Below, piece after piece: positions 10,963-20,867 of a stretch of 64,000 bases of DNA; within the stretch, counting starts at the first letter, position 1, and the number at the start of each line of letters is the position of its first letter. Source of the DNA: an uncultured bacterium (GTDB lineage Bacteria > Zixibacteria > MSB-5A5 > UBA10806). Location of the stretch: NCBI GenBank assembly GCA_965541585.1, contig CBEUCH010000015.1, forward strand, positions 1 to 64,000, in the 5' to 3' direction. Position numbers and translations under genes: made by a program. Under the pieces are notes generated by a model, which was not told where the DNA came from, did no database searches, and was given only the letters and a program-made list of their open reading frames with translations.

Positions 10963-11153
10963 GTTAATAATGCCTGTGCCATAAGTGGGCGGGAAGGTCA
11001 ACTCCTTTCCACAGCGTAGAAAACCTCCGACCGTAAAAGTGCTACCAGCCCTGCTTGCTGACCCCTGCAAAGGGTGAGATTCCAATTCGCTCTAATGAGC
11101 CTCCAAATTAGCCCGACACCTATAGTAAAACGTTAAACAGCACAGAATTGTGA

Positions 11154-13619
11154 ATGAGAAAAATGAAGATATCGTGCATTTTCATCCCGATTTTCATGGT
11201 TTCCACAACCGCTGCAGCGGCTATCCTCAACGTCCCGGGAGAATTTGCGACCATTCAAGAGGCGCTTGATACAAGAGCGATTTCCGACGGCGATACGGTG
11301 CTCGTACAACCGGGGATCTATACCGAGAATATCAACTTCGGGGGACATAATGTTACAGTCGGCTCTCTGTTTCTTACCACCGGAGACAGATCATATATAA
11401 CTTCGACTGTAATAGATGGCGATTCGTCGGGTTCGGTCTTGACCTTTGAAAATGATGAGGACAGCTCGGCCGCTATAATCGGGTTCACCATAACGAATGG
11501 CTACGCTGAAAACGGCGGCGGCATATTATGTATCAATTCCGGTCCTACCATCGAGGATAATATTATCATTGGAAATATCGCCGGCAGGGAGGGTGGAGGA
11601 ATTTTCTGCAGCTATTCCAATCCGGTGATCAGGTATAACAGGATCATGGCAAATGAGGCTGCGCTGGGTGGAGGTATCTGTTATAAGTATTACAATTCCG
11701 CAAACGGTGGCGGCAACGTGGATGATCAATTCATAACGAGGGAAAATTCGCTTCCGTCAATTGCAAACAACATCATCAGCGGAAATTCGGCGGAAGTCGG
11801 CGGCGGGATATATTGTCTGGGATCAAAACTGCTGATTTGCAACAGCACGATCACGGAAAACATAGCAGAAAGAGGAGGCGGTATATTCTGTCTCGATCCG
11901 GGCCTGGAGATAACAAGCACAATTCTCTGGGGAAACTTAGCTGATGAAGGCCCTCAGATTGTCGGTGCTTCTATCGTAATAAATTATAGCAATATCGAAG
12001 GAGGCTGGAACGGTGACGGGAATATCGATCTCGATCCCTTATTCCGTGATGCCGGGAATGGCGATTTTCGGCTGATGAGCGCAGCTTGCGGCGACTCCGG
12101 TGACTCTCCATGTATCGATGCCGGCAGCCCGGGTTTCATTGACAGGCTGGTAGATTGTTCATGGGGTCGGGGTACGGTTCTGTGTGATATCGGCGCCTAT
12201 AGCGGCGGAGGAACGGCTCCTCCGCCGGAAACCGTTCACCGCGTTCCCTATGATCATCAGACTATCCAGCAGGGAATGAATGCCAGCTCCGATGGTGACA
12301 CGGTTCTTGTATATCCCGGCACATATGTTGAAAACATCAATTTCGGCGGCCGTAAGATAACACTCGGTTCTTTATATCTGTTTACGCGAAATTATTCGCA
12401 TATATCATCGACAGTCATCGATGGCAACTCCTCCGGGTCGGTAGTGACTTTTGAAAATGGCGAGGATAGCAGTAGCGTTATGGCGGGGTTCACAATAAGA
12501 AATGGACTGGCCGAAAACGGCGGTGGGATTTTTTGTTTCTATTCAGCCCCTCTGATCACCGAAAACATCATAAGCGAAAACAGAGCCAATTCGGAGGGCG
12601 GCGGAATTTTCTGTTTTTATTCGAGTCCGTCAATAAAGAACAACGTCATTCGAGATAACAGCGCTACCTCCGGCGGCGGCATAAGCTGCCGTTACTCGAA
12701 TCCTGTAATCAGCGATAATCTGATAATCCAGAATGAAGTGTCATGGGAGGGCGGAGGTATATTTTGCCGAGACAACTCGACATCTCTTATCAAATATAAT
12801 GAGATTCGCGAAAATCGGGCTGACAACGGCGGCGGGATTTTGTGCAGATATTCCAATCTCTTTATCAGCAATACCGTTATTTCCTCAAATATAGCCAATC
12901 AGGGGGGAGGCTTATTCTGCGTGGGTTCCACTCCATCAATAACCAACCTCGTAATTGCCGGGAATACCGCCGCATCCGGCGGTGGAATATTCTGCCTCAA
13001 TTCCATGCCCATAATGACCAATACAATCCTGTGGTATAATGCCGCGGAAGAGGGATCGCAGATTTACGGCGATTCGCCTCTAATCAGATACAGCGACATA
13101 CAGGGCGGTTGGGAAGGCCTGGGGAATATCGATCTTGACCCTCTGTTTCGAGATCCCGCAGGCGATGATTTCCACCTTATGGCTATCGCCTGTGGCGACT
13201 CCTCCGATTCTCCCTGTATCGATACCGGCGATCCAAACGTCTCAGACAGTCTGCTGGACTGTTCCTGGGGCCTGGGAACAACGGACAGCGATATGGGCGC
13301 TTATGGAGGCGGAAATATTCTGACCGGAATCGATGAAATGAATCCCGACGTTTCTCGCCGCCTGGTTCTGGCCCGAAATTACCCCAATCCGTTCAATGTC
13401 TCAACATCTTTGGAATATAATCTACCCGAGCCTTCTTATCTGACTATTGATATATATAATATCCTTGGCCGGCAGGTAGCTACCATATTCGAGGGCACCC
13501 AAGAAGCGGGCAAGCATACCATCACCTGGGACGCTTCCGCTTTCCCCTCCGGCGTCTATTTCGCCCGGCTGAAAACAAAGAGACATTCCCGGACCATTAG
13601 ACTGGTGCTTTTGAAATAA
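11154..13619 (+). CDS. Secreted tandem right-handed beta-helix (GGGI repeat) protein with T9SS-A/FlgD-like CTD
   Basis: Signal peptide; two copies of the module 'VP....TIQ..GDTVLV.PG.Y.ENINF...GGGI.C...NIDLDPLFRD...SPCID.G'; NYPNPFN CTD. Confidence 0.85.
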   Translation: MRKMKISCIFIPIFMVSTTAAAAILNVPGEFATIQEALDTRAISDGDTVLVQPGIYTENINFGGHNVTVGSLFLTTGDRSYITSTVIDGDSSGSVLTFENDEDSSAAIIGFTITNGYAENGGGILCINSGPTIEDNIIIGNIAGREGGGIFCSYSNPVIRYNRIMANEAALGGGICYKYYNSANGGGNVDDQFITRENSLPSIANNIISGNSAEVGGGIYCLGSKLLICNSTITENIAERGGGIFCLDPGLEITSTILWGNLADEGPQIVGASIVINYSNIEGGWNGDGNIDLDPLFRDAGNGDFRLMSAACGDSGDSPCIDAGSPGFIDRLVDCSWGRGTVLCDIGAYSGGGTAPPPETVHRVPYDHQTIQQGMNASSDGDTVLVYPGTYVENINFGGRKITLGSLYLFTRNYSHISSTVIDGNSSGSVVTFENGEDSSSVMAGFTIRNGLAENGGGIFCFYSAPLITENIISENRANSEGGGIFCFYSSPSIKNNVIRDNSATSGGGISCRYSNPVISDNLIIQNEVSWEGGGIFCRDNSTSLIKYNEIRENRADNGGGILCRYSNLFISNTVISSNIANQGGGLFCVGSTPSITNLVIAGNTAASGGGIFCLNSMPIMTNTILWYNAAEEGSQIYGDSPLIRYSDIQGGWEGLGNIDLDPLFRDPAGDDFHLMAIACGDSSDSPCIDTGDPNVSDSLLDCSWGLGTTDSDMGAYGGGNILTGIDEMNPDVSRRLVLARNYPNPFNVSTSLEYNLPEPSYLTIDIYNILGRQVATIFEGTQEAGKHTITWDASAFPSGVYFARLKTKRHSRTIRLVLLK

Positions 13620-13747
13620 ACTGCCTTATCCTGGGGCAAGTTAGTCTATTGCACCTTTGCCTGCTTGCGCGAATTTCGCCAAAAAAAAGCTTGACAAAAT
13701 ACAAGCCTTGATATATTTTTTTATTAAGGTAATTCAAGGAGGTTGTT

Positions 13748-16030
13748 ATGTGCAAAAGGGCAGGTATGAGCATATTGCCGGTATTGGCATTTGTGTCTTT
13801 TTGTCATCCCTCCCTATCCTACGGCTGCATAGACACGCTGTACACTGAACAGGGTGGGGAGTACATAAGGGTGTGGCCCCAGCAACCGGGCGTTGATTAT
13901 GCTGTAGATCAACTAATCATGAAAACGGGTGTAACCGCTATCAAACTCCCTGAAGGAGCAACCGAGGCTGATCTTAAATACTGTAAATTTAATAATGTCG
14001 AGTTGAAGAACGCCCTGAAGAATGCGAAGGCGTACTACATTAAAAAGGTCTTCCCTGATGCCAGCCCAAGTGATACAGTAGCTGTCCTTGACGACTCCAC
14101 TACAATTCGATTAGCGATTCTTTCATCGATTTATAAGGTCCTTTTACTTCAAGATTCGGATGTCTATAATGCCATTGATTTGTTATGCCCGCTAGATGAT
14201 GTAATCTGGGCGGAACCGAATGTGATAATGGAGCCTCATAATACACCCAACGATGAATATTTCGATGTCCAGTGGAATCTAAAGGATACGGGCTATGGAA
14301 TTAAGTGTGAATCGGCCTGGAATATTACCCAGGGAATTCCCGAAATTAAGATAGGTATGGTCGGTTCGGGGATCGATTTGAGCCACCCGGAATTCGCCGG
14401 AAAGATAGCGGGAGGAGGGAATTATAATGACCAATGCCCGGGCTGCGGTTATGACGACGATGGTTCGGGACACGAAACCAGGGTGGCGGGGATAGCCGCA
14501 GCATTAACAAATAACGGCAATCCGGGCGGTTTTATAGCGGGCATAGCTGGCGGGTGGAACGGGGGCGGTAACGATATCGGCGCGGTCCTGTATTCGTTAA
14601 GGTCTACCGGTAACCCTGGCCACGATCACTTAGGCGATGACATAGCCCGCGCAATTTATAACGGAGTAAGAAGTCCATTGGACTGCGATATCATTAACAT
14701 ATCCTGGGGCCGTGAGGAATACAGCGAGGTGCAACATGCTGCTATCGCATATGCGCAATCAAGAAGAAAAATAACTGTAATTTCTATGGGTAATGAGGGA
14801 TTTGATGGTGGGCCTCCAGATGGCCCTTGCGAGCCTCTTGAGTGCAGACGTGTTTATCCGGCTCAGTTCGATAACACATGGATCGTGGCTGTAGGTTCGT
14901 ATGGCCAGGATGGTTTTAGGTGCGAAGATATATACAGGCAAAACTGTGGGAACCATCATTCCAGCTATGGCGGCCAGATTGATATCGTGGCCCCTGGCTA
15001 TCTCATTCCGACCACTTCACCCGGAGGTTACGATCCGATTTTTGGGAAAACCTCCGCGGCGGCCCCGCATGCCACAGGTGCAGCGGCGCTTGTTCTATCT
15101 CAAAAATCGCCTTTATGGTCTGAGGATATGGATTGGATTCTTAAATTTACTGCAGACGATCCCGGCGATGACGGTTACGACGAAGAGCATGGTTGGGGCC
15201 GTCTCGATGCCGCCGAGGCTGTGGCTAAGGTCTCATATCCTTCTTTCTATGACATATTTTACTATTCGGACGATTTCTTCTATTTCGATAGCACCAGCTC
15301 CTTCTATGTGGAAAGAGTGTGGTCGTTTTACAACGGCGATGACTATGACGACGATGATCCCGGGCCAATACCCGACGGCGAGTATACCGCCAGACGCTAC
15401 GCAGTTTACTTTACGGTCAATTATCCCTATCCCTTCTTCCCATATGTTGGCGCCTGGGGTAAAAGACATGCCTATGAAAACGGGGAGTTGGTTCAAACCA
15501 AAGGATGGTCGGGCGCCAGCCCTAACTTACAACGTGGGTATTGCGAGGTAGTTCCCGATACCGAAATCCCTTCCGGATGCGTGATAAAAACCTATACTTA
15601 CCATATAGACAGAGGCGGTTACTGGGAATGGCAACCTTTTGATCCGGATTTCGTTCAGTGGGATCCGGTTAAGTTATGCTACGCGGTTTGGGGATTGCCC
15701 GCCGGGCACGGCCCCGGAGGACCCAAGGCAGGAGATACGGACACAGATGAGCCAATCGACTTTTCCCTTAGCTCTTACCCTAATCCGTTTAATAGCAGTG
15801 TGTTGATTAAGCTGGATCTCCCCATTCCTGATTTCGTCTCCGTTGATATTTACAACATCCTGGGGCGAAAAGTGAAAAATTTGATTTTCCAACGGCTCAC
15901 GGCCGACTCATACGATATTAGATGGGATGGAACTGACAAGAACGGTGCCAACATTGGTTCCGGCATTTATTTGCTTAAAATCAAGGTTGGCGGTATAACC
16001 AGGACCGAAAGGATGGTCTTGATAAGATGA
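13748..16030 (+). CDS. S8 subtilase-family protein with FlgD-like CTD, non-canonical active-site motifs
   Basis: Prodomain AEPN; PNDEYFDVQWNL; GHETRVAG (His); SMGNEG (Asn); KTSAAAPH (Ser); Asp motif reads MVGSGID. Confidence 0.85.
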   Translation: MCKRAGMSILPVLAFVSFCHPSLSYGCIDTLYTEQGGEYIRVWPQQPGVDYAVDQLIMKTGVTAIKLPEGATEADLKYCKFNNVELKNALKNAKAYYIKKVFPDASPSDTVAVLDDSTTIRLAILSSIYKVLLLQDSDVYNAIDLLCPLDDVIWAEPNVIMEPHNTPNDEYFDVQWNLKDTGYGIKCESAWNITQGIPEIKIGMVGSGIDLSHPEFAGKIAGGGNYNDQCPGCGYDDDGSGHETRVAGIAAALTNNGNPGGFIAGIAGGWNGGGNDIGAVLYSLRSTGNPGHDHLGDDIARAIYNGVRSPLDCDIINISWGREEYSEVQHAAIAYAQSRRKITVISMGNEGFDGGPPDGPCEPLECRRVYPAQFDNTWIVAVGSYGQDGFRCEDIYRQNCGNHHSSYGGQIDIVAPGYLIPTTSPGGYDPIFGKTSAAAPHATGAAALVLSQKSPLWSEDMDWILKFTADDPGDDGYDEEHGWGRLDAAEAVAKVSYPSFYDIFYYSDDFFYFDSTSSFYVERVWSFYNGDDYDDDDPGPIPDGEYTARRYAVYFTVNYPYPFFPYVGAWGKRHAYENGELVQTKGWSGASPNLQRGYCEVVPDTEIPSGCVIKTYTYHIDRGGYWEWQPFDPDFVQWDPVKLCYAVWGLPAGHGPGGPKAGDTDTDEPIDFSLSSYPNPFNSSVLIKLDLPIPDFVSVDIYNILGRKVKNLIFQRLTADSYDIRWDGTDKNGANIGSGIYLLKIKVGGITRTERMVLIR

Positions 16031-17427
16031 GATTCCTGACTTTTGCCACGGCTCTTTTTACATTATTCTGTTTGTCCCCTCCGTCCTTCGCTGGCTGGAC
16101 CAACCCGGTCTTTATAGACTCCAGCGATAATCTTCTTACGCATGGTATAGAGGCAAGAAACGATTCCATTTTTGTCACTTATGGATCAGATCCCGGCAGA
16201 TTCGTAAGAAGTCTCGATGGCGGGCTTACCTGGCAGGATGAATTCGTAAATGCGGAAGGCTTGGGTTGGGATATGTTCAAATTACAAGGAGATACCCTGG
16301 CCTTCTTTTTCGGTGCAGGCCAAAATATACAGTTTTATTTTTCTACTAACTTGGGAGCTACGTGGGAGGAACCCAGAAACTGTGGCGTCTATTCGTTTCT
16401 TGACAGCCCCTGGCCTGACTTTAGCTCATCGCTTGTGACTATCTGCAGCGCCGAATACCTGTACGAAGTAACCACGATATTCTTGAAGCACTCCACCGAT
16501 TTTGGAATTACCTGGGCCGAGCCGGAATCAATCTGGACCTATCCTCGCCCCGTTAACCCGTTTCTTGGTTATTTCTATGACCGCCCCTATATACTTTCCA
16601 GCGACTTTGACCTTATGAATAATCATTCCCTTATAAAGCTTCTTTTCACCGTAGATGACGGAGAAAGCTGGATCAGTTACGATTCGATATCGGCACCCGG
16701 GGCGAACTGGGAACAAAGAATGGATGCCTCACCGGGCGGTCAGATGGCCATAGTTTATATGGATTGGTTTTCACAGATGACAGACGAATCCAGCGTACTA
16801 GTCTGCCTGTCATCCGACTCGGGAATGACATGGACACCTCCAGTTGACCTGTCCGTAGCCGATGTAAACAGATATCCGCGAGTAGCCGTATCTGGCGATA
16901 CAGTAATCGCGGCCTGGCAGGGAAACGTAGATACAACCGATCAATATAGCTCGGTTCTCCTGCGACGAACATACGATTTCGGGCAAACATGGCAGCCAGT
17001 GGAAGTCCTGTCAGAACCTGGATTAGGGGGGTTGCATCCGACCATAGAATTGGTTAACGGCAAAATACACCTGTTATGCTTCGGGCGATATGGGGGTGTT
17101 CCCGGCCTCTACTACCGCCGCTGGGAGCCGGAAACGGGTATTGAGGAAGAGATAGAAAAACCTGCGCATATATCGCTTCTAACAGCCTTTCCCAATCCCT
17201 TCAACGCCTCAACCACTATCAGCTACGGTCTGCCTGAGGCTTCGGACGTTTGTATCGAGATCTACAATATCCTCGGCCAGCATGTGGAAACCGTTTTCGA
17301 AGGTGGAAAGCCAGCGGGTAATCACGTTATCACCTGGGATGCTTCCGCTTTCCCCTCCGGCGTCTATTTCGCCTGTCTGAATACTCTGAAAAGCTCGCAA
17401 AACATCAAGATGGTTTTGCTGAAATAG
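16027..17427 (+). CDS. Secreted BNR/Asp-box (sialidase-like) protein with CTD
   Basis: Several S.D.G.TW boxes; FPNPFN CTD; ATGA overlap with the S8 gene. Confidence 0.8.
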   Translation: MRFLTFATALFTLFCLSPPSFAGWTNPVFIDSSDNLLTHGIEARNDSIFVTYGSDPGRFVRSLDGGLTWQDEFVNAEGLGWDMFKLQGDTLAFFFGAGQNIQFYFSTNLGATWEEPRNCGVYSFLDSPWPDFSSSLVTICSAEYLYEVTTIFLKHSTDFGITWAEPESIWTYPRPVNPFLGYFYDRPYILSSDFDLMNNHSLIKLLFTVDDGESWISYDSISAPGANWEQRMDASPGGQMAIVYMDWFSQMTDESSVLVCLSSDSGMTWTPPVDLSVADVNRYPRVAVSGDTVIAAWQGNVDTTDQYSSVLLRRTYDFGQTWQPVEVLSEPGLGGLHPTIELVNGKIHLLCFGRYGGVPGLYYRRWEPETGIEEEIEKPAHISLLTAFPNPFNASTTISYGLPEASDVCIEIYNILGQHVETVFEGGKPAGNHVITWDASAFPSGVYFACLNTLKSSQNIKMVLLK

Positions 17428-17572
17428 ATAGGCTTATCTTTAGGCGCCTATTCGGGTGTTACATGATCTGCTCCTGAATTATCACATTTTTCTCTTGACA
17501 TCATATCATATAGATGTTTATTATATATGAGAATACATTCGCGAAGTGATTGACAGGTTTTAGGTATGATAC
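17329..17572 (+). repeat. Copy 1 of ~244-bp direct repeat (CTD 3' end plus intergenic promoter region)
   Basis: Aligns without gaps to 20576-20819 (offset 3247). Includes TTGACA-18-TATTAT at 17495-17524. Confidence 0.9.
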
Positions 17573-17680
17573 TATCAGGGGCTTATGGGGAATTGGCATC
17601 TGAGGGTATTGAATATAACATATAGAGATCGATGCAGTTTCGCGGATATTGGCATTCACAGGATGAAAGGAGGTGGTTGA

Positions 17681-17782
17681 ATGGCTCAAAAGCCCGTTAA
17701 TTTCAATAGGTTGGAAGAGAAATCACCGAGAAAGGGGGTGCGGAAAATAACCGGGACGCCGTCGATAGCTCCGGACAAATAG
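17681..17782 (+). CDS. Putative 33-aa basic small protein
   Basis: Strong RBS AAAGGAGGTG upstream; MAQKPVNFNRLEEKSPRKGVRKITGTPSIAPDK*. Confidence 0.35.
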   Translation: MAQKPVNFNRLEEKSPRKGVRKITGTPSIAPDK

Positions 17783-17888
17783 ACCCATAAAAACCTATCG
17801 GGCCGGAGTCGGGACGCCCCGGGAAAAGTAAAGAACCGTTGTCATTCTAAAGATAGCATGAACTTGGAAAAAGTCAAGGAGGAATGTT

Positions 17889-18317
17889 GTGAGAACATTC
17901 ATTTGCCTGATAATAATTGGCCTGCTGGCCGGGGTATTTGGGATTTTCCCCAATGTAGCGTCGGCTCAAATACAGTGCAAATACAAGGCGTCGATAGATT
18001 ATGTCGGTATGTGGGGCCCCTACTACGACGCATGCGCGTCTGAAATGAAGACCACGTTTGAATACAATATTTCTGCTTTTGGTAGTTACAGAGTCATTTG
18101 GTGTCAGGTAGATAATACGCCCTATTCCGAACAGTATTGGGCTGGAGTCATTTGCGAAACTCCTCCATGTTCTGGATCAATAGTGGCGTATACGCATTGT
18201 TCAACATCATCTGATCATAGGTTACTCATGGATGTCGAGACGTGTAGTCCTAATGAGATAGGTTTTGTCTATCCATTTAAGTTGACCGCGGAGTACTACC
18301 TGTATACACCCGACTAA
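17889..18317 (+). CDS. Secreted Cys-rich hypothetical protein
   Basis: GTG start after AAGGAGG; signal peptide ending ASA; seven Cys in the mature part. Confidence 0.7.
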   Translation: MRTFICLIIIGLLAGVFGIFPNVASAQIQCKYKASIDYVGMWGPYYDACASEMKTTFEYNISAFGSYRVIWCQVDNTPYSEQYWAGVICETPPCSGSIVAYTHCSTSSDHRLLMDVETCSPNEIGFVYPFKLTAEYYLYTPD

Positions 18318-18338
18318 AAAATCGATAACAGAAGATTA

Positions 18339-18368
18339 CCCCCGGCGGACAAAAACCCGCCGGGGGGA
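18339..18368 (+). terminator. GC-rich hairpin (terminator or RBS-adjacent structure)
   Basis: ccccggcgg-acaaaaac-ccgccgggg directly before the GAGGAG RBS of 18383; no T-tract. Confidence 0.45.
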
Positions 18369-18382
18369 TTGAGGAGTGGCAA

Positions 18383-20674
18383 ATGCGTGAAGCTGGAACT
18401 GCGATAGTTGTTGTCAAGATCTTGATAAGCATACAACTATGCCTAAGCCATGCCGTTGCCGACGAAGGACAGTGGTCAACGGCGGGGCCGGAAGGTGGAA
18501 GGATACGGACAATTGCTATACATGCCCAGGATAATCAGCGGCTTTATATAGGCACCATCGGCAAGGGCATATATCAAACAACCAACGGCGGCGAGGACTG
18601 GTTTCTGATGGAGGATGATTCACTTGATCCGGTTATGCGCGATATCGTATTCCATCCGGCGGCCCCTGAGACGATGTATGCTGGTACATTAAATGGTATG
18701 TATAGAAGCTTTGATGAAGGGAACAACTGGGCCCTGATGAGGCCTCCGGGATACTGGTATAATAATATTAATGACCTCGAAATCCATCCCGTACATCATA
18801 ATATAATATTTGCTGGGGGATCATCCACAAACGTTAAATCAACCGATGGCGGTAATAGCTGGTATGATCTCGACCTACCCTGGGTGGCGGTAGTGGCCAT
18901 AAGAACCGATCCTCTGCGCCCCGATACCATCTACCTGGCAACTCAATCGGCCCCGCAGGGCCTCTCGGTTTTCAGAAGCGAGGATCTCGGCGAGAACTGG
19001 TATCCGATTCACAACAACCTCGATAACTACCTCTGGGCCTGGTCCCTGGAGGTCGATCCCGTAAACAGCGATATTCTCTATCTGGGCGGAAGCAGTCATC
19101 CTGACGGAACGGGCATCTGTCTTGAAAAAACGACTGACGCCGGCGATTACTGGTTCGATATAACGCCGCCCGACCTGGCCAGCCCCTGGATATTCGATAT
19201 AGCCATATCGCCTTCGGATCATATGACAATCTACGCCTGCTCGGAAGCGGACGGCATTTTAAAAAGCACGGACGGCGGGGAGTCGTGGCGGGAGATCAAC
19301 GAAGGCCTTAACGCCGCAACGGTTATGGATGCCGAAATAGATCCCGTAACCGGTTTTATCTATATAGGAACGCTCTACTACGGTATTTATCGGTCTACCG
19401 ACGGCGGCGGGAGCTGGCAGAAAATCAGCCATAACATTTATAGTTCGGAGTGCAGAGATTTCTCAGTTAATCCTCGAAACCCGGACTCGGTTTATGTTGC
19501 CACGATGAACGGCGTATATCGCTCCATGGATGGGGCCCGGAGCTGGCAGGAGGTAGATCTGGAGTTCCCGGCTGACGACGAGCGGACCTACGGTGTGGCC
19601 ATCGATCCTTACGATCCCGATTTCATATACGTCAGCTTCTTCAACTATAGAGAACCGATAGAAGGCGGGATTTTCCGTTCCACCGACGGCGGCGACAGCT
19701 GGGAGATATTCTCCAACGGATTGCCTGATGGCCGCTACTACGGCGACATAGAGGTGGCCGATTATGGAAATGGCACCCGACGGCTCTTTATGGCGGCCGT
19801 CGGGCTCTATTATTCCGATGACCTGGGTGAAAGCTGGCATCTCTGCCAGGGCGGTTTGCCTGAGGATTTTTATTATGGAACGCTGGCAGTAAGCCCTGTA
19901 GATCCCGACTTAGTTTTCGTAAGCGATTGGGATGACCCCCGCCGGATATACAGATCCGAAGACGGAGGCCAGACGTGGCTCGAGTTTGAGGGGCCCCCCG
20001 GAACCGGCCTTTTGAACAAGATTACCTGCGATCCTGTCGACCCCGATCTGGTCTACTCATGCAGGTATTTCGAGGGGCTATTCATATCGACAGACAGGGG
20101 TCAGAGCTGGCAAGACATAAACAACAATCTGCCCCGGGACGCCGATTACTTCATCCCCTCGGGTCTTGCTATTAATCCTCTGAACCCTCAGAATCTTTAT
20201 GTAAATGTAAGGTTCCGAGGTGTGTTTATCTCCTCTGACGGGGGCCAGAACTGGCAGGCTTTTAGCGATGGATTGAACATGGGATATTCCTGGGCGGTCA
20301 CCTTAATAGCACCGTCGGATACGAACAGGATCTGCCTGGCCACCGATTCCCGGTCGGTCTGGTCCATCACCCGAATTCCCACCTCAACCGAAAACGACGA
20401 TGTTTCACCGAGGGAATATTCGATTCTGTCAAACTATCCCAATCCCTTCAATTCTATCACCGTTATAAAGTACTCTCTATTGGAATCCGAGCCGGTTATT
20501 CTCTCTATATACAATCTCCTCGGCCAGAAAGTGACCACACTATTTGACGGTATACAACAGGCCGGCGAACACCACATCACCTGGGATGCTTCCGCTTTCC
20601 CCTCCGGCGTCTACTTCGCCCGGCTGAATACTCTGAAAAACTCGCAAAACATCAAGATGGTTCTGCTAAAATAG
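18383..20674 (+). CDS. Secreted BNR/VPS10-like double beta-propeller protein with CTD (paralog 1)
   Basis: Many S.D.G..W boxes; GPEGG N-terminus; NYPNPFN CTD. Confidence 0.85.
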   Translation: MREAGTAIVVVKILISIQLCLSHAVADEGQWSTAGPEGGRIRTIAIHAQDNQRLYIGTIGKGIYQTTNGGEDWFLMEDDSLDPVMRDIVFHPAAPETMYAGTLNGMYRSFDEGNNWALMRPPGYWYNNINDLEIHPVHHNIIFAGGSSTNVKSTDGGNSWYDLDLPWVAVVAIRTDPLRPDTIYLATQSAPQGLSVFRSEDLGENWYPIHNNLDNYLWAWSLEVDPVNSDILYLGGSSHPDGTGICLEKTTDAGDYWFDITPPDLASPWIFDIAISPSDHMTIYACSEADGILKSTDGGESWREINEGLNAATVMDAEIDPVTGFIYIGTLYYGIYRSTDGGGSWQKISHNIYSSECRDFSVNPRNPDSVYVATMNGVYRSMDGARSWQEVDLEFPADDERTYGVAIDPYDPDFIYVSFFNYREPIEGGIFRSTDGGDSWEIFSNGLPDGRYYGDIEVADYGNGTRRLFMAAVGLYYSDDLGESWHLCQGGLPEDFYYGTLAVSPVDPDLVFVSDWDDPRRIYRSEDGGQTWLEFEGPPGTGLLNKITCDPVDPDLVYSCRYFEGLFISTDRGQSWQDINNNLPRDADYFIPSGLAINPLNPQNLYVNVRFRGVFISSDGGQNWQAFSDGLNMGYSWAVTLIAPSDTNRICLATDSRSVWSITRIPTSTENDDVSPREYSILSNYPNPFNSITVIKYSLLESEPVILSIYNLLGQKVTTLFDGIQQAGEHHITWDASAFPSGVYFARLNTLKNSQNIKMVLLK

Positions 20675-20819
20675 ATGGGCTTATGTTTAGGCGCTTAATC
20701 GGGTGTTACGTAGGCTCGTCCTGAAATATCACATTTTTCTCTTGACATCATATCATTTAAATGTTTATCATATAACAGAGTACATCCGCGAAGTGATTGA
20801 CAGGTTTTAGATATGATAC
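20576..20819 (+). repeat. Copy 2 of ~244-bp direct repeat
   Basis: Matches 17329-17572. Confidence 0.9.
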
Positions 20820-20867
20820 CTCAAGGATTGCGGATTTTGACCCGCCGGGGGCATTGAGGAGTTGCAA

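Noticed and set aside
10843..11085. 80-aa minus-strand ORF, or a riboswitch upstream of cysteine synthase
   Set aside because: It is antisense to the CTD relic, has no recognisable motif, and no SAM or T-box consensus is visible.
17329..20819. Diversity-generating retroelement TR/VR pair
   Set aside because: Mismatches between the copies are not adenine-specific, and no reverse transcriptase is in the window.
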